In this document: positions 46,246 through 54,704 of the stretch, in pieces | Position numbering within the stretch: position 1 is the first letter of the stretch | How the letters are laid out: each line of letters starts with the position of its first letter | Origin: a virus | Taxonomy: Duplodnaviria > Caudoviricetes | Virus record (IMG/VR): IMGVR_UViG_3300030105_002351 | Span: 1 to 54,704 of that record | DNA: 54,704 nt | Direction: 5' to 3' (one strand) | Program-made: the position numbers and the translations under genes | Notes under the pieces: generated by a model | The model's input: only the letters and a program-made list of their open reading frames with translations | Databases searched by the model: none | What the model was told of the DNA's origin: nothing

Positions 46246-46617
46246 TCATTGGTCATCGCTTGTAGTAACTGTTCTATAATAAACTACAACTTCTTTTAAT
46301 TCATTTATATATCTTTTAAGCTCTTGCATATTATATGCCATTAATTCGTAATCAGGCACTGACATAGCAAAAAATACTAATTGCCCTTGATCTTTTTTTA
46401 TTCTAGCTAAAAATTTATCAATGTTCTTATCAGATACTACATACCAATAAGGTTCTTTTAAATCTATTTCTCTTGGTAAAATTGGTTGAGCTATAGTTCT
46501 TTCTATAGGTTTAGACTTAATATTAATCGTCTTGCTGTTTGGTATCAGACTGCAACTGCAAACCATCATCGAGATTATCAATACTACGACTAGCTTTTTC
46601 GATGCTTTCAAATACAT
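46246..46617 (-). CDS. Putative o-spanin-like lipoprotein
   Basis: Hydrophobic signal with a lipobox-like VCSC, Pro-containing linker; overlaps the upstream membrane-anchored gene. Confidence 0.6.
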   Translation of the reverse strand: MYLKASKKLVVVLIISMMVCSCSLIPNSKTINIKSKPIERTIAQPILPREIDLKEPYWYVVSDKNIDKFLARIKKDQGQLVFFAMSVPDYELMAYNMQELKRYINELKEVVVYYRTVTTSDDQ

Positions 46618-46930
46618 TTTTTGTTCCTTTATTTACTTTTATTTCTAATAAATCTGGTTTAGCAGCCGCTAACTTTGTTAAATCGTGTCTTTTAAATATA
46701 TCAAGATAACGATTCATTTCTGATTCTATTTTTTGATTTTTAGATTGTATCTCTAATAATCCTTTAGCTTGCGAAGCAAAATCATTTTGCAAGGTAGTTA
46801 TAGTTTCTTTTTGAGTTTCTACTGCACCTTCAAGAACTTGATTGTTAGACTTCAATGTAATATTTTCATTGTACAACCAGTAAGAACCTAATCCTAAAAC
46901 TATAATAATACCTATTAAAATTTGGTTCAT
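46523..46930 (-). CDS. Putative i-spanin-like protein
   Basis: Single N-terminal TM helix followed by coiled coil. Confidence 0.6.
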   Translation of the reverse strand: MNQILIGIIIVLGLGSYWLYNENITLKSNNQVLEGAVETQKETITTLQNDFASQAKGLLEIQSKNQKIESEMNRYLDIFKRHDLTKLAAAKPDLLEIKVNKGTKNVFESIEKASRSIDNLDDGLQLQSDTKQQDD

Positions 46931-46944
46931 AATAAATTCTCTAT

Positions 46945-48714
46945 CTAATTATTCTTATAAGTATATATTTCAAGTGCTTTTGTTTTTCCTTTAACTTTAA
47001 TAGATTCTAATTTCTTTAGCTTATAACCACTTGCTTCCTTAGTTGATTTTCCTATTAGTAGATTAACATTCCTATCTTTTGTAGCACTTTCTAATCTTGC
47101 TGCTGTATTAACTGCATCTCCAATAGCAGTGTAATCAAACCTAGATTCTGAACCCATGTTACCTATTACAGCTATTCCTGTGTTTATTCCAATACCTATT
47201 GCAATAGGAGGTAGGTCTTCTTTTTGTAATTCTACATTTAAAGATTTCATGTTTCTTATAATGTCTAACGAGCAATCAATAGCTATTTTTGGATGATCTG
47301 ATAAATCTAATGGTGCATTGAATATAGCCATCATTGCATCACCAATGTATTTATCTACCATTCCTCCATGTTTTTGTACCGCTGATTGCTGTGCAGTTAA
47401 AGCTTTGTTCATAATGTAAGTTACTTTTTCTGGTGGAAGCAACTCAGACATAGAAGTAAAACCTCTAACATCTGTAAATAAGAATGTTGCTTCTCTTTTT
47501 TCTCCACCCAGTTTTAATAACTCTGGATTTTTTTGTAATCTTTTTACTTGTCTTGGGTCTAAGTAATGTTCAAATTGTTTTTTAATTTGCAGTCTAAGTT
47601 TGAACTGCTCTCTAAATCTAAGATAAAAAGCTACTGAAGCAACAATAAACTGTGACAATAGCGACCAACTAACATCTATAAGAATACCTTGTTGTATTAA
47701 ATAATAACCACCAAAAGCAGTTAATAAAAATAATATACTGGTAAATAATATTCCGCTGCTTATTCCAAATACAATAATAAAAATCCAAGTTAATATTATT
47801 GTTGTAAAAATTATTAATATTTCCGCAGCCAAGGCCCAATCTGGTATATAGGGGCTATCTTGTATTAATATAGATTCTGCTAGTGCAGCTTGTATTTTGT
47901 GAGGCTCAAGCAATCCTTCTGGAGTGGCTATTTGTGGCATAACTCCATTTGCAGTTATTCCTACAAAAACATATTTATTTTCAACATTCATTTCTGCAAG
48001 TGTAGTTTCTGGGGTGTCTATCCAGCTTATCCACTTTCTACCCATACTATCTGTTTTTACAGGTGGTATTCCTTTTATGGCTACTTCTTCAATACCATTG
48101 TCATTTGTTTTTATAATATATGTTCTTGTTGATGTAAGAGCTTTTAGAACTTGAGTTCCAAATGAAGCTATCCATCCATCAGGGGTTCTTACTAATAATG
48201 GTATTCTTCTTACTAATTGATCTATTTCAGTTGGTGCAATAGCTAATCCTTGTAATGCACTTTCTGATAAAGGCTGTATGTTTTGTTTAACTCCAGCAGA
48301 TAATATGCCACCAACATTATTACCTTTTATAACTGTTCCTGTTGTTTTTGGATAACTGCCTTTTCCATCTTGGAACATTGCAATAACTGAATTGCTATTT
48401 TTAAGTGATTCAGAAAAAAACTGATCTCCATTCATTCTGTCTGCTTGCGGAAAAGATATAACCCATCCAACCCCTAATGCCCCTTTTTCCATAAGACTAT
48501 TGTTTATATCACCTAGTCTTTTTCTTGGAAAAGGATAACCGCCTTCATTTTCTACGTCTTGCTCTGTAATGTTTAGAATTACAAAGTTTCCTGAAGGTTG
48601 TTGTTTTTTTACAAAAGCATCAAATGTTTTTAGCTTTAAAATTTCTGTAGGAGTTGATTGATATATAACAGGCAACATCAGAATTGTAAGTATTATAAAT
48701 ATTAATTTTTTCAT
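46945..48714 (-). CDS. CHASE2-domain class III adenylate cyclase
   Basis: N-terminal I.I.E......G.YPFPR, D..VRR.PL, three TM helices, then FTDVRGFT, DKYIGDA.MA, GIGINTG, DYTAIGDAVN.AARLES. Confidence 0.92.
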   Translation of the reverse strand: MKKLIFIILTILMLPVIYQSTPTEILKLKTFDAFVKKQQPSGNFVILNITEQDVENEGGYPFPRKRLGDINNSLMEKGALGVGWVISFPQADRMNGDQFFSESLKNSNSVIAMFQDGKGSYPKTTGTVIKGNNVGGILSAGVKQNIQPLSESALQGLAIAPTEIDQLVRRIPLLVRTPDGWIASFGTQVLKALTSTRTYIIKTNDNGIEEVAIKGIPPVKTDSMGRKWISWIDTPETTLAEMNVENKYVFVGITANGVMPQIATPEGLLEPHKIQAALAESILIQDSPYIPDWALAAEILIIFTTIILTWIFIIVFGISSGILFTSILFLLTAFGGYYLIQQGILIDVSWSLLSQFIVASVAFYLRFREQFKLRLQIKKQFEHYLDPRQVKRLQKNPELLKLGGEKREATFLFTDVRGFTSMSELLPPEKVTYIMNKALTAQQSAVQKHGGMVDKYIGDAMMAIFNAPLDLSDHPKIAIDCSLDIIRNMKSLNVELQKEDLPPIAIGIGINTGIAVIGNMGSESRFDYTAIGDAVNTAARLESATKDRNVNLLIGKSTKEASGYKLKKLESIKVKGKTKALEIYTYKNN

Positions 48715-49829
48715 TAATCGCTTTGTGTAATAGTTATGTAAGAACTACTACCTCCATTTACTTTAACAATATTGCTTACACCATCTTGATTAAAAACTAC
48801 TGTATAAGCTTCGCTGCCATCTAAGTCTACTTGCAGATATTCATTTACTGCTCGTCTAAGGCTAACAACATTTCCTGATATAATTGTAGTTATTTGCGTA
48901 TCTGGGTCTTTACCTAACAAAGTTCCTGATACTTGGTTACTTATAGACTGAGACAAACGATCTTCTTCATTAAGTATAGCTAATGCGTCTATTACATTAA
49001 GCAGGTCTTCTAAAAAATTTACATCTAAATAATTTATATCTAATTCTGTAAATTCAAGATCATCTTCTTTAAGAAAATCTTCAGCTAAGTAATCAATGTC
49101 TAATCCATTAAAATCTAATATAGATTCTTTTTTTGTTACTACCCTTTCTTGTATTACTTTTTGTTTTTTTGGTGGAGTAACAATCAACATATTATCAATT
49201 ATATCTAAAGTTAAATTTAGTATAACTGGTTTAGATGGCTTAGATTCAAATACACTAACAGTAGTAGCCTGGTAAGGCTTGTTTAATAAAACTGTACCCA
49301 TTGCAGTAACAACTTCTATTTCTCCACTAGAAAGACCAGAAGCATCAGGTAACAGTATTATTAATGATCTACCTAACTCGTCTACTGTTGCTGTAAAATC
49401 AGTACCTCTAATTGCTATATTAGCTGTTGGTGTTTTTAAACTAATATTTTTTTTATCTATTTTGTTTAAGTTTCCAGTAATAAATCTAGCTGTACCTAAA
49501 CCAAAAGTAAGAGCCATTTTAGATTTACTTGGATTAGGATCATATATATATTCATCAATAGTTAATTGTGAATGTTCAGTAAGACTTACTTTGCTGTCAT
49601 CTAAAAATGTAATAGACATTCTTCCGTTTGCAGTAACAACTGCGTCATTACTTTGTATAGATAAGTTTAGTTTGGCATTTAAAGGTTCATCTCTTACTAT
49701 TTGTGCAGAACCATTTAATTCAGATATGCCTCCTATTTCAGCATCCGATTGAGGTTCCTTGATCGTTTTGGATAACACAAACTGAGGAAGAAGCATTGCC
49801 ACCAACAGAAATAATTTTAAGCCAATCAT
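48714..49829 (-). CDS. FecR-domain periplasmic protein
   Basis: T.NG...I.F.D.S.V.L...S.L.ID, G..RF.TG, TPTA.I.IRGTDF, G.IEV. Confidence 0.85.
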   Translation of the reverse strand: MIGLKLFLLVAMLLPQFVLSKTIKEPQSDAEIGGISELNGSAQIVRDEPLNAKLNLSIQSNDAVVTANGRMSITFLDDSKVSLTEHSQLTIDEYIYDPNPSKSKMALTFGLGTARFITGNLNKIDKKNISLKTPTANIAIRGTDFTATVDELGRSLIILLPDASGLSSGEIEVVTAMGTVLLNKPYQATTVSVFESKPSKPVILNLTLDIIDNMLIVTPPKKQKVIQERVVTKKESILDFNGLDIDYLAEDFLKEDDLEFTELDINYLDVNFLEDLLNVIDALAILNEEDRLSQSISNQVSGTLLGKDPDTQITTIISGNVVSLRRAVNEYLQVDLDGSEAYTVVFNQDGVSNIVKVNGGSSSYITITQSD

Positions 49830-50469
49830 TATCTTGTGTACTCAGTTGTTTAATATTAAATGTTCTTTGTCCACCTGTATGATCTAAATAAAAGTACCCA
49901 CCAGATGAAGCAGATACGCCAGTACCTGTGTAGCTTATTGTGTTATCAGAACCATCTATATCCATAAAGTTTGTAGCACTATCTATATTTATATTAGATG
50001 TTACAGTGTTGTTTGAACCTTGAAAAATCCAATCTAAATTTAAGCTTGTTGCTAAAGCTGATGTTCCTTGGTTTAAAGTAAACGTGTTTCCTGCTCCAGT
50101 AACAGCTATATTGTGATCAGAACTGTCTGAACTATATGTGTTTGTAGGGTCTACTTGAATTGTAAACGCATTAGTTGAACCAGTAAAATTGTACAAACCA
50201 GTAAAATTATCAGACCAAATATCTCCTAAAAATTTATTAGTAGCTCCAATCATATTAACGTCTAATGTCATGCTTGTACCATCAAGATCAAAAGCTGTTA
50301 AACTTCCTGCCGAAGAACTTAATCCACCTATAATATTAGAAATACCTAACTGCTCTAAATCAATGTTAGCACCTGTACCTGACTGATCTACAAATATTTC
50401 ATTATCAGCCGCGTATACTTGTGCAATCATTATCATTGCAATTAGGTTTATCAATGTTAATTTTTTCAT
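49738..50469 (-). CDS. Secreted curlin-like beta-repeat protein
   Basis: Signal peptide; DN.I.VDQ.G, Q.G..N and G..N repeats; adjacent to csgG; start placed at ATG 50469. Confidence 0.65.
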   Translation of the reverse strand: MKKLTLINLIAMIMIAQVYAADNEIFVDQSGTGANIDLEQLGISNIIGGLSSSAGSLTAFDLDGTSMTLDVNMIGATNKFLGDIWSDNFTGLYNFTGSTNAFTIQVDPTNTYSSDSSDHNIAVTGAGNTFTLNQGTSALATSLNLDWIFQGSNNTVTSNINIDSATNFMDIDGSDNTISYTGTGVSASSGGYFYLDHTGGQRTFNIKQLSTQDNDWLKIISVGGNASSSVCVIQNDQGTSIGC

Positions 50470-51277
50470 GACTCCAGTAACTCCTGTCATAACCAATATT
50501 AATTAATGTTAATACTGCACTTTCTATAGCTTTTGAAAGTGCTAAAGTTGTAGATTCGTTACGAGAATTACCTGATTCTATTTCAACCAGCTTTGTTCCC
50601 ATTTCAATAAATCTAAATACATCTTCTGATTTTCCATAACTAAATATAGTTTTTTCAGTCATTACTTCTATAAGTATTTCTCCTGTAGATACGGAAACCA
50701 TGCGTAAGGTTACTGTAACGCTATCCTCTCTATATTGAATACTAGAACCGATACCTAAATATCTAGCACCCATACCTCCTGTAGAAAGATTGCTTTCATA
50801 AGCAATAACAGCACCTTCGATTAAAACTCCTGCAAACAACAAAGGAGATAAAGTCTTTTTTTTATCTTCCTCAGTTCCTATTGTTTCTCTTGCTGATCTT
50901 ATTAATTGTCTTTCTTTTGTTAGATTGTCTAAACCAACTCTTTCAACAACTCTAAAAAATTCTCCATTTCCTGCGTGTTTCAAAGCTCTTATTAATAAAG
51001 CACCAGGTTGTTGAGTTATAGCTGTACTAAATAAAGCAAACTCACTATTACTTTTTCTTTGACCTGTTTGATCTAAAAATGAATTTGGATATACAGCTAC
51101 AATAGGTTTTTTTGTTGGTGTTTTTACATTTGCTAGTTCTTTAGATTGAAGTTTGGAAATATGTACAAAATTTTGTTCATTAAACTTTTTTTTATATATA
51201 TCTTCATATTGATCATATGTAGAACAACTAGAAAGTAAAAGTACCAATAGGAATCGTAATTTCAGTAAGTGTTCCAT
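50405..51277 (-). CDS. csgG: CsgG-like curli secretion channel lipoprotein
   Basis: LLLSSC lipobox; VAVY..F.DQTGQRK, FSTA.TQ, F.VVER.GL.NL.KERQ.IRS, GG.GARYLGIG. Confidence 0.9.
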   Translation of the reverse strand: MEHLLKLRFLLVLLLSSCSTYDQYEDIYKKKFNEQNFVHISKLQSKELANVKTPTKKPIVAVYPNSFLDQTGQRKSNSEFALFSTAITQQPGALLIRALKHAGNGEFFRVVERVGLDNLTKERQLIRSARETIGTEEDKKKTLSPLLFAGVLIEGAVIAYESNLSTGGMGARYLGIGSSIQYREDSVTVTLRMVSVSTGEILIEVMTEKTIFSYGKSEDVFRFIEMGTKLVEIESGNSRNESTTLALSKAIESAVLTLINIGYDRSYWSHEKINIDKPNCNDNDCTSIRG

Positions 51278-51680
51278 CGCTTTCCGTTATATTAAGAGTT
51301 AGTGACGAGCCATCACTGTTATAGCTTATAATATTACCTTCAAGTTTTATTTCTCCTGAAGTTTGTGCTGTATCTCCAAATAAATTATTTACTAGCTGTC
51401 TTGAAAGTTCTGCATAAACTCTTGATTCAAGATTTCTCATAAACCTAGCAAGTGTAGTATTTTGGGCATCTCTTTTTATTTCGTCTTGTAGAGCTTTAAT
51501 TTCTTCTTTAACTGTTAGCTTTCTGGTGTGTTGTTGATTTTCAATAGTAAGATAATGACTAGATATTCCTGCACCATTAAAACTAGGAGATTTAAACTTA
51601 TGAACTATTTGATCTGCTGAAGAAGTTTGTATTATTAGTATTGCTAGAAAGTATAAATATTTAATCTTTTCTTTGATCAT
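51228..51680 (-). CDS. csgF: CsgF-like curli assembly protein
   Basis: Signal peptide, then V.KF.SPSF.G; F..NLESR.Y..LS.QLV..LFG; T.ITIP. Confidence 0.8.
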   Translation of the reverse strand: MIKEKIKYLYFLAILIIQTSSADQIVHKFKSPSFNGAGISSHYLTIENQQHTRKLTVKEEIKALQDEIKRDAQNTTLARFMRNLESRVYAELSRQLVNNLFGDTAQTSGEIKLEGNIISYNSDGSSLTLNITESDGTLTEITIPIGTFTF

Positions 51681-52011
51681 CTCTATCTGCTTTTGCAATT
51701 TTATCTATATTAATAAGATTTGGAACTCCAAGTATTGTTTTAATCATAGTATCTTGTCTTATGATTTCGTTATCTAAACTACGAACTCTATCAATTAATG
51801 CTACTAAAATTCCATGCTGTGCATCTAATTTACTACCTAGTCTGTCTTCCATTGCTCTTATCTGTACTGCTACTTTTTCATCAAGAACATCAAGTTTAGT
51901 TTCCATGCCATCAATTATTCTATTGATAAGTTTCCATATAAAGAAACCTAATCCACCTGCTGCGGCTATAGGAAAACCAACTTCATTAATAAGGCTTACA
52001 GCATCTTCCAT
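51661..52011 (-). CDS. Membrane-anchored coiled-coil protein (possibly holin-like)
   Basis: GFPIAAA.GLG.FIW TM segment; LIDR.R.LDN..IR. Confidence 0.55.
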   Translation of the reverse strand: MEDAVSLINEVGFPIAAAGGLGFFIWKLINRIIDGMETKLDVLDEKVAVQIRAMEDRLGSKLDAQHGILVALIDRVRSLDNEIIRQDTMIKTILGVPNLINIDKIAKADRDDQRKD

Positions 52012-52451
52012 TAGATTTCGTCTTTATTGTCTTCATAAGGAATAAACTTGTTTAATTCAATTAATTTTTCTCTATTAATTAAATGTTCTGACTCTATAGC
52101 AACTTTGCTTTGACCAAAATAAGCTACTGCTAAATAATTTTTTATCATTAGTTGATTAATATTAATGCCATCAACCAATACATTTCCTAAAACTCTACCA
52201 AACTTACCTTTAGAGTCTTTTAATTTTGTTTCTATTACAACTTTAGTTCCGTTATCTATGGCTTCTTGTAAAAACGCTGACGCAAGTTTACCTCTAATTT
52301 TTTCATCAGCATCTCTAGTTCTACTTTCAGGAGTATCAATGCCATATAAACGAACCCTACACCTGTAAAGAATGTCAAAACCAAGGTCCAAAATAACATC
52401 GCAGGTATCGCCATCAACAACCCTGTCAACTGTGCAACTATATTCATACAT
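52011..52451 (-). CDS. Thermonuclease (SNase) family nuclease
   Basis: RVVDGDT, RVRL.GIDTPE, GKFGR.LG. Confidence 0.9.
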   Translation of the reverse strand: MYEYSCTVDRVVDGDTCDVILDLGFDILYRCRVRLYGIDTPESRTRDADEKIRGKLASAFLQEAIDNGTKVVIETKLKDSKGKFGRVLGNVLVDGININQLMIKNYLAVAYFGQSKVAIESEHLINREKLIELNKFIPYEDNKDEI

Positions 52452-52690
52452 TATCTGTACCTTTTAGATATTTTTGCAGCAGATTTAGGCTGCTTAGAAA
52501 ACTGTTTACCTTTTTTTGTATCTTCTCTTTTCTTTTTGGTAGTAGCAGCATATTGAGAACTAGACATAGCTTTTATAGCTTTAGATGGCAAATATCTTTC
52601 TCCTGTTTTAGCAGAAGGTTTACCAGATTTAGTTTGCCATTTTTGTTTGGTCCATTTTTGCAAAGACCTTTGTGATTTTTTAAGAGGCAT
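52451..52690 (-). CDS. Small basic conserved phage protein
   Basis: Q.SL.KWTKQKW.TKSGK....TGERYLP motif. Confidence 0.75.
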   Translation of the reverse strand: MPLKKSQRSLQKWTKQKWQTKSGKPSAKTGERYLPSKAIKAMSSSQYAATTKKKREDTKKGKQFSKQPKSAAKISKRYR

Positions 52691-52839
52691 TATCTACCTA
52701 TTTTTTTCTGCGCTTTAATATGAGAAGAAGAAAAACTTTTTCCATCTTCCATTTCTTTTATCATCATATTCATATGTTTTTTAGTATGATGCTTTGAATG
52801 TTTATTTAGTGTAGCTTTTTGCTTTCTATTAAGCTTCAT
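52690..52839 (-). CDS. 49-aa basic His-rich protein
   Basis: MKLNRKQKATLNKHSKHHTKKHM...; TAATG coupling at both ends. Confidence 0.6.
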   Translation of the reverse strand: MKLNRKQKATLNKHSKHHTKKHMNMMIKEMEDGKSFSSSHIKAQKKIGR

Positions 52840-52994
52840 TATACTTTCCTTTTTTTTAAAGGCTTTGATTTTACACCAGTGTATTTCTTTTGATCTTGTT
52901 TTATTTTTTCTAATTTTTTAGCCTGAGAAGCGTGTAACTTACTTGATTTTTTTAAACCTTTAATAATTTCGTTTAAATCTTTTGTATAATGCAT
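52839..52994 (-). CDS. 51-aa basic protein
   Basis: MHYTKDLNEIIKGLKKSSKLHASQAKKL...; GAGG RBS. Confidence 0.6.
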   Translation of the reverse strand: MHYTKDLNEIIKGLKKSSKLHASQAKKLEKIKQDQKKYTGVKSKPLKKRKV

Positions 52995-52995
52995 A

Positions 52996-53682
52996 TCAAT
53001 CTTCCTCTAAACCATCACTATATAAGTTGTTAAAAGTTATTAATGGGTCTAAGTAACTTTCATGCCCTTCTGCTGAATGTAAATGTTGTGATGGTGCAAA
53101 ATCTGGCGCGCCTTCTCCTGTTCTCCATAAAGCAGGACTTGTAGCTCTAACTCTATTATTAGGCAAAGCAATAACATTACCTTTCCATTCGCAATCTTCT
53201 GTAATATACATAACATGAGATTGTTTATGTTGAGCAGGTTCATCAGCTATATCATTGCCTGTGTAGTCAACTGTAAATAAATATTTACTTTGATAAAACT
53301 CATTGTTAATTTTAGCTACCCAAGGGCTTGAACTTACTCTATCCATAACAACAACAGAATGATCTCTTGCTTCACAATCCCAAGGTTGGACTAAATGATC
53401 TTCCATTGGTAAAGCCCATTCTTCAACAGGTATATCTGCTACAAGGGCTTGTATTGGCATCCTAGCCCACATAGCACCACCATGTACATTTTGCATATCT
53501 TCGTTACTATCCATCTCACAACCAGTAAAAACAACCTGAAAACTAAGAGAACGATCAGGGATTGTATTAACTGCTATTGCAAGTGCATGAATAAACTCAC
53601 CATGATACCTTTGATGGTTGCAAGTAAACTCTTTTCTGACCCAACATTTAAAATGAGGAATATTACTTATTAGATAAGACAT
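52996..53682 (-). CDS. Conserved hypothetical phage protein
   Basis: YL.SNIP.FKCWVR.EFT, GGAMWARMPI.AL, QPWDC, QHKQSH, ALPNNRVR. Confidence 0.8.
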   Translation of the reverse strand: MSYLISNIPHFKCWVRKEFTCNHQRYHGEFIHALAIAVNTIPDRSLSFQVVFTGCEMDSNEDMQNVHGGAMWARMPIQALVADIPVEEWALPMEDHLVQPWDCEARDHSVVVMDRVSSSPWVAKINNEFYQSKYLFTVDYTGNDIADEPAQHKQSHVMYITEDCEWKGNVIALPNNRVRATSPALWRTGEGAPDFAPSQHLHSAEGHESYLDPLITFNNLYSDGLEED

Positions 53683-53864
53683 TAGCTTTTATATCCTCCA
53701 CCAGCTTCTTTATAAGCTTTTGCTAACATTTGTGCTTTACGAGCAGACCACTGACCAGAATTACCACCTTTGCTTCCAGACTTAATTCTTTTAAATTGTC
53801 TTTTACGCATAGCTGGTTTTGTATAGTTTCCTGCGGCATTTACTTTAGATTTTTTTTCACTCAT
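53682..53864 (-). CDS. Small basic conserved phage protein
   Basis: NYTKP.MRK, GQWSARKAQMLAK.YK..GGGY; start placed at ATG 53864. Confidence 0.75.
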   Translation of the reverse strand: MSEKKSKVNAAGNYTKPAMRKRQFKRIKSGSKGGNSGQWSARKAQMLAKAYKEAGGGYKS

Positions 53865-54046
53865 TATATATACTTCGCTGCTACAACAACTGATAATATA
53901 AAAGGATAGACAGCCCATATCATGGTTTCTAGTCTATCAAACCTTTTTGCACCTTCTTCTAATCTTCTATCTATGCTTTGATACAATGCTTTGCACTCTC
54001 TTTCATGACATTCGATAGCATTTAATGCGTTTGTGGTGCTTTTCAT
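53864..54046 (-). CDS. Small protein with C-terminal TM segment
   Basis: HE.EC...Y..I..RL..G..RF.RLE..IW. Confidence 0.65.
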   Translation of the reverse strand: MKSTTNALNAIECHERECKALYQSIDRRLEEGAKRFDRLETMIWAVYPFILSVVVAAKYI

Positions 54047-54243
54047 TTATTTAAAACATTTGAATTAGATGCTTGTTCTTTAGCTTTACCTATATTCATA
54101 GCTAAAAAGTCTATAAGTTTATACAGCTTGCCAACCCAAATGTCATCTTTTGGTGTAGGAGTTACTGCTGCTATTGCTGATGCTGCGGTAACTACTGCTG
54201 TAGCTATAGTTATAATATCTACTATTGTACCCATAATGTTCAC
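54043..54243 (-). CDS. Small holin-like membrane protein
   Basis: Hydrophobic helix, TPTPKDD, LA.NIGKAK. Confidence 0.55.
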   Translation of the reverse strand: MNIMGTIVDIITIATAVVTAASAIAAVTPTPKDDIWVGKLYKLIDFLAMNIGKAKEQASNSNVLNK

Positions 54244-54254
54244 CTTTAAAGTAT

Positions 54255-54563
54255 TTAATCTCTATATACTGCTTTTGTTGTGCCTCTTAATGCTAATCCA
54301 TCTCTAGCATTTTTATTTGTACTGCCACCCATGTTACGACCTAGTATTGCTTTTTTAGCTTTTCCAAACATACCTTTAAGTGAATCTTTCAATGCGTCTG
54401 GATCACTAATTTTTCTTTTAGGATTAACTTCTTCTTTTAAAGATTTTTGTCTTACATTGCTAACACCTTTTTTTGAAAGTGGAGGTGCTTTTCTTTTAAG
54501 ATACTCACTAGGAGTTCTTTGTGGATTACCTTTTGCATCGACATTTTTGTTTTCTTTAGCCAT
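54255..54563 (-). CDS. Basic hypothetical protein
   Basis: GAGG RBS; C-terminal GG....RDG.A.RG.TK motif. Confidence 0.65.
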   Translation of the reverse strand: MAKENKNVDAKGNPQRTPSEYLKRKAPPLSKKGVSNVRQKSLKEEVNPKRKISDPDALKDSLKGMFGKAKKAILGRNMGGSTNKNARDGLALRGTTKAVYRD

Positions 54564-54575
54564 TTGTTTTTCCTC

Positions 54576-54704
54576 TTATTTAGCCTTAGTTAATCCTTTT
54601 ATTGCCATTCCATCTCTGGATTTTTTGCTTGTTGTTCCGCCAGTTTTCATATTTGTAGGATTCTTACTAACATCATCTCTTGCTTGAAGACGACCTTGTC
54701 TCGA
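54576..54704 (-). CDS. C-terminal fragment of a basic protein (runs off the right edge)
   Basis: ...MKTGGTTSKKSRDGMAIKGLTKAK*; shares its tail motif with the neighbouring gene. Confidence 0.6.
   Translation of the reverse strand, partial: SRQGRLQARDDVSKNPTNMKTGGTTSKKSRDGMAIKGLTKAK

Noticed and set aside
1-54704. tRNA, rRNA, integrase, reverse transcriptase/DGR, introns or inteins
   Set aside because: None recognised by eye; terL, portal and helicase are uninterrupted. A tRNAscan or Infernal run would be needed to exclude small RNAs formally

Overview
The window is most of a low-GC, marine-type tailed dsDNA phage genome with podovirus-like architecture. Bases 1-15.2 kb (minus strand) carry morphogenesis genes: tail fibre, adaptor, capsid decoration, major capsid, scaffold, GroES, portal, and large and small terminase. 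Bases 15.3-21.3 kb (plus) carry a probable early operon with an AAA ATPase / coiled-coil / metallopeptidase-VWA trio. Bases 21.3-30.6 kb hold a regulatory gap and a replication/recombination block (primase-helicase, PD-(D/E)XK nuclease, Sak-like annealase, SSB, DNA methylase, RusA). Bases 30.6-54.7 kb (minus) hold internal virion proteins including a 2562-aa polyvalent protein, a tail protein, spanin-like genes, a CsgF/CsgG/curlin-like/FecR/CHASE2-adenylate cyclase cassette, a thermonuclease and small basic proteins. The strongest unexplained signal is an RNA-level control layer on the early operon. Three hammerhead ribozymes sit in consecutive intergenic gaps, and three early genes share a hairpin that hides the Shine-Dalgarno sequence. 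A separate ~90-nt promoter-to-terminator unit carries a near-exact antisense copy of that hairpin and lies just downstream of two NrdR-box-like sites. All calls come from reading the sequence and recognising motifs; no database searches or folding programs were run, and no expression or activity is shown.
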